NCBI GenBank assembly: GCA_025558095.1
Contig: JAIVFI010000007.1
Coordinates: forward strand, 496,001 to 560,000
Source: Hyaloraphidium curvatum SAG 235-1
Lineage: Eukaryota; Fungi; Monoblepharomycota
Direction: 5' to 3'
Length of the DNA stretch: 64,000 nucleotides
Position numbers and translations under genes: made by a program. Every line of letters starts with the position of its first letter. Within the stretch, counting starts at the first letter, position 1. Below the pieces are notes generated by a model. That model saw only the letters and a program-made list of their open reading frames with translations, had not been told where the DNA came from and searched no databases. Positions 50,034 through 61,053 of this stretch are shown here, piece by piece.

Positions 50034-51938
50034 TCAGCCTGTACCAAAAAGCCTCGACGCGGCGTCCTCCTCCTTACAGAACGGCATCTCGCACGATCCC
50101 GCCCGTCCGAACCGCGACTTTCCCCTCCCTGTGCCCTGCCAATCCAGTATCAGCACGTCGCGCCTCCTCCTGACCGCCACTGTCCCGTCCTGCTTCCCGA
50201 CGTCGATTCCGGCCCTCAACGCCGCCGCTCGCCCGCTGTCCCCTGCGAGGGCCATGAGGAGATCGCCCTCGTGCGTCGCGTTCTCACTCAGCAGGGCGTG
50301 GCAGAGCTGCCCTTCGAAGAATAGGGTCCGGAGGCAGGATAGGAACGGGAGCCAGCCGAACGGGAAGGCGGACTCGCCAAGGATCGGGACTGTCTCGATC
50401 GGCTGGAGGAGGGTGAGCCGGTGCAGGTTTGCGAACCTGGCGAGGCTGGGCAGGCATCGCGAATCGAGGACGCTGCCTCTGCTCGTGAGCGGGTTGGACA
50501 AGTTGAGCGAGACCGGGTTGGGCGCCGATTCCGCCAGTGCGTCCACGGCGGCGTTGCTGGCGAGCACGGATCCATCCGCCTGCAGGCGCCGCAGGGAGGG
50601 GGAAAGGTGCGAGCACACCGCGCGGATTTGCCGATCGCGGCCGAGGGCTTCCCAGGCGACATTGGGCGATGCGGGGCCCTCGTCGTCCTCGGACATTAGT
50701 GCGCGGGCACGCGCATAGTCCTCCAGGTCCAGGTCGGTCAGTTGCCGGCCGTATAAAGACAGCAATCGGTGCAACTGCGCCAGCGAAAGGCCAAGGCCGC
50801 CGGTGAGCTTCAGCACACGCAGGACAGGGAAAGCGGCGGGCAAGTCGGGCGAGCGGAGGAAGGACTCAAAGCGCTGATGCATGTTTGTCGGATCGTCCGC
50901 CGCATGGAGCTCGGAGAAGTCAAACTTCTCCAGCGAAAGAGCGAGGTGCTTCAGCCGAGAGCAACGTTTGATGCCGGCGCCAGGCTCGGGCGACAGGAGA
51001 CGCGGTGCATCTGGATAGATGCCCTCCACATCCAGACGCTCAAGAGTCTCCGAGTGCACGTCCACGAGCTCGGCAACAGCTGTCTCGCGAATCTCGGTCG
51101 AATTGTACCGGCGATCGTGGAGCGTCAATGAGGTGAGCTTGATGCCGGAAGTGAGGAACGCGGTCGGGAAAGTCCCTCGCGTGATACCAGGGACACTGAC
51201 GCAGACCATGTCTACGTGCACGATGCTGCGAGAGAGCGAGAGAAACATGTGGAGCACGCCGTCATTGATGCCGAGAGACGGAGTGAGGTCGAGGTGAAGC
51301 AGGTTGGGAAACATGGCACCTGCTTGTTCTGAAAGCAAGATGGATCCAAGAAGGTCCGAGATTTCGTTCTTCAGGTACCGTCCCGACAACACCGGTACCT
51401 TGAGGGAGACCAGACTCCTGTTGCACGCCAACAGCAGAATCCCAAACAGTTTGGCCAGGATGTACTCGGCATTGTCGATCGAAGGCGATATCCGACCTCT
51501 ATCGCCCGCAATTGAGTCGACCATGGCCTCGAACTCGCGGTATCTGGCACCGTCCGGCCAATGCGCGATCCGCTCGAACGACAGCTTTGACAGGCACAGA
51601 TGCTTCACCCGCGAAAAGCGTGCCAACGTCGCTTCTGGAAACAACGAATATAGATCTGGCGGGACTTCGTCCCCGGAAAACAAGAGTGCTCGATCAAGAC
51701 CCTCCAGCAGCACCTCAAAGAGCGCAAAGAGACCTCCGTAGCCGTTAACGTCCAGAGTTGTCCACAGCACCGCCAAGGCGGGTTCACTGAAGCACCGGCC
51801 GGTCAATGACAATGGTAGTAGATCATTTCTGCCGACAAGACTGAAGATGTCGAGCAGCAGCTCCCGGGGAAGGTCCTCGATTCGCGTATCCCGGCTGGCG
51901 GGCGAAGGAGCTGCAGGTACCCCGGAAACGGGCTCCAT
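50034..51938 (-). CDS. F-box + leucine-rich repeat protein
   Basis: IEDLPRELLLDIFSLV..DLLPLSLTGRCF..ALAVLW F-box; repeats such as FPNLLHLDL, LERLDV, LKHLAL, LTDLDL. Confidence 0.85.
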   Translation of the reverse strand: MEPVSGVPAAPSPASRDTRIEDLPRELLLDIFSLVGRNDLLPLSLTGRCFSEPALAVLWTTLDVNGYGGLFALFEVLLEGLDRALLFSGDEVPPDLYSLFPEATLARFSRVKHLCLSKLSFERIAHWPDGARYREFEAMVDSIAGDRGRISPSIDNAEYILAKLFGILLLACNRSLVSLKVPVLSGRYLKNEISDLLGSILLSEQAGAMFPNLLHLDLTPSLGINDGVLHMFLSLSRSIVHVDMVCVSVPGITRGTFPTAFLTSGIKLTSLTLHDRRYNSTEIRETAVAELVDVHSETLERLDVEGIYPDAPRLLSPEPGAGIKRCSRLKHLALSLEKFDFSELHAADDPTNMHQRFESFLRSPDLPAAFPVLRVLKLTGGLGLSLAQLHRLLSLYGRQLTDLDLEDYARARALMSEDDEGPASPNVAWEALGRDRQIRAVCSHLSPSLRRLQADGSVLASNAAVDALAESAPNPVSLNLSNPLTSRGSVLDSRCLPSLARFANLHRLTLLQPIETVPILGESAFPFGWLPFLSCLRTLFFEGQLCHALLSENATHEGDLLMALAGDSGRAAALRAGIDVGKQDGTVAVRRRRDVLILDWQGTGRGKSRFGRAGSCEMPFCKEEDAASRLFGTG

Positions 51939-52112
51939 CCCCGCGGAGCAGTGCTCGGAGCACGAAAAATGACACTTTAGCACACGTTTCGATCCCGTAC
52001 GGGTGGATTTGCCGAAGAGATTGCTACCCGGTCGGTGCCCGGTGATCGAGGTGTTTTCGTCTGCGACGGCCTGGTCAGTGCGGGAAGTGTATTTCTCCCT
52101 CCTGTAGCCACG

Positions 52113-53423
52113 ATGGCTACAGTAAATCCGCCTGCCGTATCCGTACAAGGATCCTCGGCCTCCGCCCCCTCTCCATCGCCACCATCGAAGCCTCCGGCTC
52201 CGTCCCTGCCGGATCTGAGCTTCCCGTTCGCCTCCCAAGCGGACGTGATTCGGGCCGAGCAGAAGGATGCCTACGTGAAGTACACGTTGCGTGAGATGGT
52301 CAAGGAGGTCTACCAATCTTTCTTTGGTAAGCTGCCTCGATTGGACGCGTCCGGATCCTGTCCTCACGTCGGGGCAGGGACCCGGAGCCTCATGAACAAC
52401 GTCCCCCTCTTATCGACGGCATCCGACACTGCCTACTATGCTCTGACTACTTTAGTTGGATCCCAGACCCTCGGGGAGGAGTACACGGAGATCTTGCCCT
52501 ACGCGTTGGCGTCTGAGGAGTTCCCGCGGCTGCCGCGGAGATCCATGTGGATCGGACTTCACGTTTTGGCCCCCTATCTGTGGAACAGAACGCTTAACCG
52601 CGCGGTTAGGGAGAACCAGATGGGCAGCCCTGTAAGCTCGGGGGCGTTCGGTGTGGCCCGGCGTCTCCCCCGGAAGGACACGGACGATCTGGACCTCGCC
52701 GAGGACGCTGAGGAAGAGGAGGGACCCGTGCCGAAGATAACGCTGCAGACTCTGGCTAAGGAGCAGCTGGACAAGCTCTGGAGGTGGTTCGTGAAGTGGG
52801 CCCCGACGATTCGCAAGTTTATGGGCACCGAGTTTCGGGCGCTCCACTTGGCCATATTCTATTTCGTTGGCGCCTACTACAACATCGCAAACAGGCTGCT
52901 GCGAATACGATACGTGGGACCGAATCGTTTGGCAAATCGGCTTCGTCTGACTCGCCCGCGAACCAGATCTTTACCCGCCAGCTCGCCCCGAACGAGCAGC
53001 CCATCTCGTACGAATTTCTTGGACTCCTCATTGCAATTCAGATTGCTGTCTCCCTCTACATTCGGCTACGCGGCGGCAAGGCCCGCCTGGGCTCCGCGGA
53101 CCCGAACTCTATCGACGAGGAGGCCGACGAGGAGGAGGAGCGCGGGGAGGAGCTGCTCGGGGCCGAGCTCGAGAAGCTTGGCATGATTAAGGTCGAGCAG
53201 AAGAAGTGCACGCTCTGCCTGGAGCCACGCAAGGTGCCGACGGCGACGCCCTGCGGCCACGTGTTTTGCTGGAAGTGCATCGGCGACTGGTGCCAGAACA
53301 AGGTGGGCTTTGTCAGCGCGTTGCACCCTTGCTTTCTAACGTCTCGATATTCAGCCCGAGTGTCCGCTTTGTCGGCAGGACATCAATCCCAGTCATTTGA
53401 TTCCGCTGTACAACTACGCTTGA
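52113..53423 (+). CDS. PEX10: Peroxisomal RING E3 ligase Pex10
   Basis: [36 protein letters not shown]; [23 protein letters not shown]..|PECPLCR. Confidence 0.95.
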
Positions 53424-53529
53424 AAGAACCCCTCGCCGAACCCAATGCTTTACACCGTACGATGTAGTACGGTCCGGTCGAAAAAGCTTTTCGACGACCA
53501 AATAGCTGTCCGATCTGACTGCGGAATCG

Positions 53530-54421
53530 ATGGGTCATGACAAGGCCGTGATGAATGGCGACGCCACCGCACACAACGCAAACGCAAACATGGATCGGTC
53601 CTCGTCGAGCTCCAATGGCCAGTCGGCGCCGCCGCCGTTCTCTCCCGAGACGGTTTCTTCCATGCTCGGCAACGTCAAATTTGACCCGTCGACGTACCGG
53701 CCGGTTCTGCCCCCGCAGAACAACGACAACCTGGAGTACCTTTACGTGGACGATGCGCTGCCGTTCCCCACGAACGCACCCGTGCACCACCCGAGCGGGT
53801 CGTGGGGCCCGCTTCCGATGCGGACGGACGGCGACAAAATGCTTTACGGCACGGGCACGGCCTACATGCTCGGGCTCAGTTCCGGCGGCCTCTACGGCTT
53901 CGTGCGCGGCCTGCAGCACCCGATGGCGACCACTTTCAAGCTCAAAATCAATAGCGTGCTGAACCTGTGTACGCGATACGGGCCGTGGGCGGGAAACCAC
54001 GCCGGCATCCTGGGTGGGTCCTTTGCTTCTCGGTGATCCCTGCGTCTTCTAAACGAGTCGCCTACTCCAGCCCTGGCGTACACGTCGCTGGACTCACTTC
54101 TCGGGAAGTACCGAGACGTGAAGGATTATTCGAATCACATCCTCGCGGCATTCACAACCGGTGTCATCTTCAAGAGCACAGGTTAGTAGGCCGGGGCGGC
54201 GCGCTCCACCACGGATGCTTATTACCTCCGTCTCCCTTCCTCGCTTGCTTGCAGCCGGTTTCCGCCAGGCCATCGTGATGGGGAGCACCTTGGGAACCGG
54301 AGTCGTGCTTTACGGCATGCTGGACGCTTACCGGAAGGGGGAGCTCGAGATCCCCGGGCTCAAACTGGGGACGGTGGAGAAAGCTGGCGATGCCGGCAGC
54401 AACAAGCTGCCCGCGCACTAG
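53530..54421 (+). CDS. TIM23: Mitochondrial inner membrane translocase Tim23
   Basis: LEYL, YGTGTAYMLGLSSGGLYG, KLKINSVLN..TRYGPWAGNHAGIL, AGIHTGVIFKST-like TM exon; two introns. Confidence 0.9.
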
Positions 54422-54548
54422 CTTGTTGGTCTTTGGACTTGCGGGTCCTGTGGACTCACGATTCTGTGGACGTGCGAGGTCGGCTGGATGTACCGGTATA
54501 GAGATTTCGCTCAATCCATACAATGATTGTGAAAACAAATAGCAGTCC

Positions 54549-55400
54549 TCAGTCTCGGAACTCCCAATCTTTCTGATTGCCTCCAGACAAGTAAGAGGAA
54601 ATATACTCGAGTTTCCAAGGCTCGTCGGGCCCGGCCCGTGTCAAGATGTTCGCTGCGCAGACACCAGAGTGCACTCGCATGCCACCGTCCAGAGCAACCT
54701 CAGAGGTAAACGCCACATGGCTCGGATCGGAAGGGATGCTGGCTTTTTCGAAATCGAAGCCTCTCACGAGAGCAACGATACTGGCCGCGTGCGAAACACA
54801 TATCAATGTCCTGCCTTGACACACTGACTCGAGCTGTTCGCTGAACGCCTTCAGCGAGAACAAAAGCTGATCCTTAGTCCTCGCCAGCGTTTCGCCTTCC
54901 GGCACCGCGATCCAGGGTTCGGAATTCTCGATGAGGCCGTCTGCGCCCGGAAGGAACCGGCAGACGTCCTCTTTCGCCCCCAAAGGTGGTGCGGCCAGCT
55001 CATCCTCGGGCAGATACCACTCCCGCAGCTGGACCGCGATTCGTATCCGAGGGAGCTCGCCTCTGGGAACTCCGAGTTCGTAAAGCCGTTCGAGAATCGC
55101 CAACGATGTCTGAACGCATCTTAGGTAAGGGGAGCTCATCAGGACGAGCCCTGGAGCAAGTTTCGCGCCGACACCCGGTTCCAAAAGCAGCGGGGCGACG
55201 AATCTGGCCATTTCGCGCGCTTGAAACACGCCCAGCTCCGAAAGATACGGATCATTGAGCCGGCCGGTCTCGGAATAGGCCGGCAAGGGTGTGACACCGC
55301 CCGATGCGCCACCGTCGTGCAGAGCAAAGTGGGGAGCGATTGGGTCCCAATCCTGCCGGAATCCGTGTCGAATGACTATTATTCTGTCCTGCGATGCCAT
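54549..55400 (-). CDS. Histidine phosphatase (PGM-like) protein, Tfc7/tau55-HPD-like
   Basis: IIVIRHGFRQDW, DPYLSELGVFQA, SSPYLRCVQT, LREWY, VSHAAS, YLSGGNQKDWEF. Confidence 0.85.
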   Translation of the reverse strand: MASQDRIIVIRHGFRQDWDPIAPHFALHDGGASGGVTPLPAYSETGRLNDPYLSELGVFQAREMARFVAPLLLEPGVGAKLAPGLVLMSSPYLRCVQTSLAILERLYELGVPRGELPRIRIAVQLREWYLPEDELAAPPLGAKEDVCRFLPGADGLIENSEPWIAVPEGETLARTKDQLLFSLKAFSEQLESVCQGRTLICVSHAASIVALVRGFDFEKASIPSDPSHVAFTSEVALDGGMRVHSGVCAANILTRAGPDEPWKLEYISSYLSGGNQKDWEFRD

Positions 55401-55580
55401 TTTGACCAATGGTCGCCCAGGCTGGCCAGGAGGGACGCTCCGAGTGGTAGATTTTGGGGGAAAGAAGTTGGGACCAGGGTTGCCGCGAGAGATGACCACC
55501 GCGGAGGCGTTGCAGTTTTTCAAGCAGGTGAGCAATTTTTCGCCGTCCGCTACAAGTGCTGGAAGATCTCCTCGCAACCT

Positions 55581-57116
55581 TCATTCATCATCTTCCCCGC
55601 TCTCGTATCCGCCGATCGTCGCCAGCGCGTTGCCGCCCTTCTTTGCGGGCTCGTCCCTCTTGCGCTGCGCCAGCTTCGACGCGTTCTGCGCGATGGCATT
55701 CAACGTGTCCCGGGAAAGGATGCCGCCGGTCGGCTCGGGCGCCGCAGCCGCCGCCGTCTTGGCCTTCTTCGCGGCCGGCTCGGGAGGCGCAACTTCGTCC
55801 CCGGCCGCTGACGGGGCCTCCCGTGCCGCGGCAGCCGCCGGTGCCGTTTTAGCGGGCGCAGCAGGCGCCGCCTCGGCGCCGGCAGCGTACTGATGGCTCG
55901 TGTCCGGGTAGACGTACGGGTCGCGCTTGCTCGACTGGGTGGGATCGTACGTGCCGCCGAGGTCCTTCTCCGCAGGCTCGTAGGTAACGACGACCGCGGT
56001 TTCGGTCTCGTAAGGGTTCTCCTCGTCCGCAGCGACCTCGACCTCGGCAAACTTCCGCTTGGGCTCCCTGGCTTCCAGGGTGTTGACCGGCGGGGGTGCA
56101 ACCCCCTCGCCACCTCCGAGGCCGTAATTGTTCTCGGCCGAGTACGCCGAATAGGCGGCCAGCATGGCCGGCGACATGCCGGCCGTTCCCCACTGCGCGA
56201 CCTCGGCCTGCATCCTGGCGACGAGCTTATTGTACTCATTCTGCTTGGCCATCTCCTGCGCCCGCGGGTTCGGGTCCTCGTTGGCCCACCGGACGTTGAG
56301 AATCTCTTTGCCCTTGGACTTGCCGTCAAGCGTCTGGCCAACCATGGCCTCGCGGGCAAACTCGGCGTTGAGGCGCGACTTGTAGCGGATAAAGGCCACG
56401 GCCTTGCCCGTGAGCACCCGCACCGACTCCAGCTCCCCAAACTCGGCAAAGTGCTTCCGCACGGTGGCCTCCACGTCCTTGTACGAGGTGGGCACGTGCC
56501 CGACGTAGAGCGTGCGGTTGCCGGTGACGAACGAGCCCGTGCCGCTCTTGTCGTCGCGCTCATTCTCGTGCTTGTCCCGGCCAAACACGTCCTTGGTGAC
56601 CTCCCACCGCAGCTCGTCGCCGTGCTCCGGGATGCGATGCAGGAACGAGCAGTCCTCGCCCTTTGCGCAGTTGCCCTTTGCGAAGTGGATGCAGAACAGC
56701 GCGGTGGCCGGGTGGTGGCGCGAGCCCTTCGTGTATCCGGTGTCGCGGGCCGGGTTGCAGCGCGTCTCGGCGGGGATTGCCGACGCGTGCTTGCGCGAGT
56801 AGTCGCCGATAGTGTAGCCCCACCACATGTTGCGGTCGCCCTCGATGGCGGCGGCCTTTGCCAGCGAGGCCGCCTGCTTGCGCGCCGGCCGCTTCATCAG
56901 CGGGTTCTGCGACACGCCCTTCGGGTAGTAGTACGCCACCGCCGCCGCCGCCATCGCCGCCGGGTCGGTCGCCTGCGCGTACGCGGATGGGTCGTACGCC
57001 GCCGCGGCCTCCGCACCCGAGGGGTCCGTCCCGCCGGCCGCGTAGTACTCGGCCCACGCCCGCTGGTACTCGGCAATCTGCTCCGGCGTGTACTCCTGCT
57101 CCGCGGCCTGCTCCAT
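55581..57116 (-). CDS. CWC2: Pre-mRNA splicing factor Cwc2 (Torus/CCCH + RRM)
   Basis: RPARKQ, NMWW, TRCNPARDTGYTKG, FCIHFAKGNCAKGEDCSFLHRIP, DVFGRDKH, NRTLYVG, AEFAREAM, LNVRWANEDPNP. Confidence 0.95.
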   Translation of the reverse strand: MEQAAEQEYTPEQIAEYQRAWAEYYAAGGTDPSGAEAAAAYDPSAYAQATDPAAMAAAAVAYYYPKGVSQNPLMKRPARKQAASLAKAAAIEGDRNMWWGYTIGDYSRKHASAIPAETRCNPARDTGYTKGSRHHPATALFCIHFAKGNCAKGEDCSFLHRIPEHGDELRWEVTKDVFGRDKHENERDDKSGTGSFVTGNRTLYVGHVPTSYKDVEATVRKHFAEFGELESVRVLTGKAVAFIRYKSRLNAEFAREAMVGQTLDGKSKGKEILNVRWANEDPNPRAQEMAKQNEYNKLVARMQAEVAQWGTAGMSPAMLAAYSAYSAENNYGLGGGEGVAPPPVNTLEAREPKRKFAEVEVAADEENPYETETAVVVTYEPAEKDLGGTYDPTQSSKRDPYVYPDTSHQYAAGAEAAPAAPAKTAPAAAAAREAPSAAGDEVAPPEPAAKKAKTAAAAAPEPTGGILSRDTLNAIAQNASKLAQRKRDEPAKKGGNALATIGGYESGEDDE

Positions 57117-57224
57117 TTTGCAGAGGGGGGGAGTCGAAGTGGAGGAAAGCCGGCCTCACTCCGACTCGCGGGCGGCTGCGCACATTCATCACGCTCTGCT
57201 TCCCCGTTTTTTCCAGATCATCGG

Positions 57225-58461
57225 TTACAGCCGACTGGCATTCGAAGTAAGGCCGAAGACGTAGCGCACGCGGATCCGGGCGCCCATCGTCTCATCCAGG
57301 TCCATCAGCTCGCCTTCGTCGCCGGCCGATCCGCTCTCGAGGCCCCACATCCTTCCCGCGTCGGCAATGAGCTCGATCTCGAACGGCGACGAGCCATTCG
57401 CCAAGATGTGGGCCACCTCGGCGGCGCTGGCCGCCTCTGCGACCACGATCCGCTGTCCGTGAGGGTGGAAGGGGCTTGGGGCGTCGCGCTGCAGCTGGAA
57501 CATCGCGGTCCTCCGCGTGAGTACAACGGTGTTCTCGGGCTGTGGGATGAGCTCGTGGGCCGAAGTAGAGTTCGACGATTCGGCGATCAGATCCTCCTCC
57601 GACTCGGTCTCGGCCAGCATTTCCTCTTCCTCGACCACGGACTGCCACGGTTTGCCCTCAGGGAGGCACCATCCAGAGTAGGCCTTGGCGACGTCTTCAA
57701 AGCTCGGGCCCTTGTAGGACCCGCGCTGCTCGTCGTTGGCGTCTGCCGCTTCCGCGACCCCGGCGAGGACGAGCACCGAGGCCAAGCCGACGATGCCGTT
57801 GGTGTGTCCGCCCGCGTCTTCACATTCCTCGAGGGGAACTCGCCAGGCTAGATACGGAAAATGAGATCGACCTGCCGTCGGGGTGAGCGCGGAGCAACTC
57901 ACGCCGCGGCGTCACGTCAAAGCAGAGAAATGGCAGCGGGCGGTGCGCCGAGTCTGCACCGCTGCTCTTGCCCGGCGCCAAAGACGGTGGCCAGCCCATC
58001 TTCCACTGCAGCTCCTTCCCCGCCGGGGTCTTGCGGGCTCCGGGTGCCGGGCCTGCGTAGCGCACGGGGTTCGAGGGAAGCTTGGCGAGCCCGGCGATGG
58101 CCGCATCGATGTCTGCGGGCAGGAGGGCAAAGTCGATCAGGCCCGGCTGCAGGCCCCACCAGCGGTGGTTCCCCGAAAGCTTGGTAGCCGCGTCCGGCGC
58201 GGGCTCCGACTCCCGGATGAAAGCGAGGAGCTCCAGGTAACAGCCATCAGCTTCAAACGGGATCAAAGCGTTCTCAGTGCGCTGCCCCGGGAATCCGGCA
58301 TGTTTGCCGCCCCGGATGACGCGGAAACCGAGCCGAGTGTAGGAACGAATCGCTTTCTCCAGGTCGGGCACAAGGATCACGGCGTGGTCGATGCAGGGAA
58401 AGAGAGAATGCGAGGCCTGCGCACGCGTGGCGGCGCGCTTGGCGGCGCGTTTCGGAGGCAT
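57225..58461 (-). CDS. Glyoxalase-like (VOC, Glyoxalase_3-type) protein
   Basis: IDHAVILVPDL..LGFRVIRGGKHA..TENALIPF..YLELLAF, GLIDFAL, GARKTPAGKELQW, LPFLCFDVTPR|..HTNGIVGL; one intron at ~57849-57903. Confidence 0.85.
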
Positions 58462-58528
58462 CGCTTGTCGACCGCGGGCGGGATGTGCCGATGATCGCGG
58501 GTGAGCATCGACTGTCTCCCCCAGCACG

Positions 58529-59811
58529 ATGCCCCGTCCCACGCAGCCCACGCTAGGTGCGTGAATTCTGCATTTGCTTCCGATCTGGGAATCAGACGAT
58601 TCACCCTTGGCCAGAGCCTTCGAAGTCCCCGGAGCTGGCGGCGCGTTTCAACGCGCTCTTCGCACCAAGCGGCCTTGCGTTCAAGCTCGTCACCGACAAG
58701 CAGATCTTCACCGAGGGTCCCTCCTACCTTCCGGCATTCGATGTCTGGGTGTACTCCGATATCCCCGGCAACCGCCAGATGGTTTACTACCGGAAGTCCG
58801 GGGCGGTGGACGAGCTGGTGCCTAAGAGCAACAACACGAACGGCACGTTCTACTCGCAGTACCTGAGCAACAAACGTGGCAAGGGTCAGGTCATGCTGTG
58901 CTGCGAGCACGCCGGCCGGGCCGTGGTCAGGATGGATCTCGACATGGTGGACGGAAAAGTGGTCGTCTCGGACCGCAGGGTAATCGTGAACACATACGGA
59001 GCCCGGCTTCTCAACTCGCCGAACGACTGCATTGAGACGGATGACGGTTTCGTCATTTTTACTGACCCGATGTACGGTACGAGCTTCCTTCTTCGATTGA
59101 AGTTCAAGCGTTGTTGTTCAACTCCGCCTCTTCAAGGTTGCTATCCTCAGGCTGTCGAGCGCGGACAAGGGCATGGCAACGAGCCCGAGCAAGACAAGGC
59201 CTGCGTCTACCGTTTCCACCATGATTTCCCGGCCGGAACACTGACGAGAATTGTGACCGACATGGTTCAGTGAGCTCCACGTTCGGCATCAGTTCCGTGT
59301 CCTCTTAGTAACCTGCTTCGGACCAGACCGAACGGCCTCACCATTCCTCCGAACATGCGGGACCGCCTCTACATCGCCGACACGGGCGTCGCCATGCCGT
59401 GGACGGACAAGCCTTTCGACAAGACCCGCCCGCACCACATGCGCGTCTACCCGATCGACCCGTCCAAGGGCTGGGCGGTTGATCAGAGCAAGGGTCGCCT
59501 GTTCGCAGACATCCCGGTCGGTGCACCGGACGGGATTCGGACGGACGCCCACGGAAATGTGTGGAGCAACTGCGGTTCGTGCCCATCCACCCTCGCCGCT
59601 ACCCTATCTTGATCGCTGGTTTGCAGGCGACGGCATCCACATCCACACGCCCGCTGGCGAGCTCCTCGGCAAGATCCGCTTCCCCGATTCGGCCGTGAAC
59701 AGCGTGTGGGGCGGCCCTGGTCTGGACGAGCTCCTCGTGTGCTCCCACGAACGGGTGTGGCACCTGACGGGGATCAAGGTCGGGCTAAAGAAGACTGGGG
59801 AGAAGTTGTGA
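58529..59811 (+). CDS. SMP-30/gluconolactonase family beta-propeller
   Basis: FTEGPSY, SDIPGN, NTNG, CEH, LNSPND, FTDPMYG, PNGL, LYIADT, PDGIRTDAHGNVW; first intron 58557-58614 inferred. Confidence 0.9.
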
Positions 59812-59831
59812 TGCATTATTGTAGCCAGATT

Positions 59832-60891
59832 TCACACACAACGACCGCCGTCGACCTCCAATGCCAGGCCTGCGATGCCCGTGGTTAGCCCGCCTCATCC
59901 CCCGTGTCGGGATCGCTGCTCACCGGTAATGAAATTGGATGCGTCGATGCAGAGCCAGAGAGCGGCGTTTGCGATGTCCTGCGGCGTACTCAGGCGGCCG
60001 AGGGGAATGGATTTGCGGAACATCTCGCGCCGCTCCGGAGTGTCCTCCCCGAGGAAGGTCGGGAGCAGCGGCGTGTCGCCGGCAACGGGACACAGAGCAT
60101 TGACGCGGATCTGCTGGGGAGCGAGCTCGACGGCCAGGCTCTTGGTCATGGTGATGACCGCCCCTTTCGACGAGTTGTCTGAAGGTGACGAGGCTCAGCG
60201 AAGTTCGTTCCGGAGCGAGACCGTCACCCACACCACGTCAGTCCGGGTCTAGGACGCAGTCCTGCAGTCGAAGCCACGTTGACGATGCTGCCACCGCCCT
60301 GCTTCTCCATGATCGGGACGACCTCCTGCACGGCGTGGTAGATGCTCTTCACGTTCACGTTGAAGACGCGGTCGTAGATATCCTCCGTTGTCTCCAGGCA
60401 CGACTGGTTCGTGTGCGAGAAGCCGGCGTTGTTCACGATGACTGGAGAAGCAATGAAGTGCCATGAGCGAAGGAGTGGGAGACAGGTCGTGGAGACCAAC
60501 TGTCCAAGCGTCCCGTGCCTCCGAACTCCACGCCGGCGGCAATCATCTTCTTCGTGTCGGCGCGACTGGAGACATCGGCTTTGCAGGAAACCGCCGCGCC
60601 GGGGTAGGATTTGTTGATATCCCCACAGACGCGCTGAGCCGCATCCTCCCGCAAGTCGGCAATGACGACCTTGGCTCCCTCCTTGGCGAACAAATGCGCG
60701 ATTCCTTCGCCAAAACCGGAGCCTGGAATCAGGAGGCTCGCGTCAGCGCCGGAATGGAGTTGACTGTTGACTGCGACGCAGACCAGCTCCCTGTAGCTCC
60801 GAAACTCAGTTCGGCACCGGTATACGCGGGTTAGCAGACTCACGGTTACGACGGCAACTTTGCCGGCAAGGCTGCCCTGTTTCGTGGCCAT
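59832..60891 (-). CDS. Short-chain dehydrogenase/reductase (FabG/TsaC-like)
   Basis: LAGKVAVVT|GAG|SGFG (microexon), VNNAG, NVASTAGLRPRPGLTW|YNSSK, IRVNALCPVAGDTPLL, FITG|LALEVDGGRCV*. Confidence 0.92.
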
Positions 60892-61053
60892 TTGCTGCGC
60901 GTGGCGGGGACGTGCGTTTTGTCTTCCGCGCAGGTTGATGATTCCAACGCACTCGGGCCCGTCCTGCCAAACCGATTGCTGGATGTTCAAGTCCAAGATC
61001 TATCGTTATGTACAGATGTACAGAAAAAGAATCAAGGACCACACTCCTAGGAT

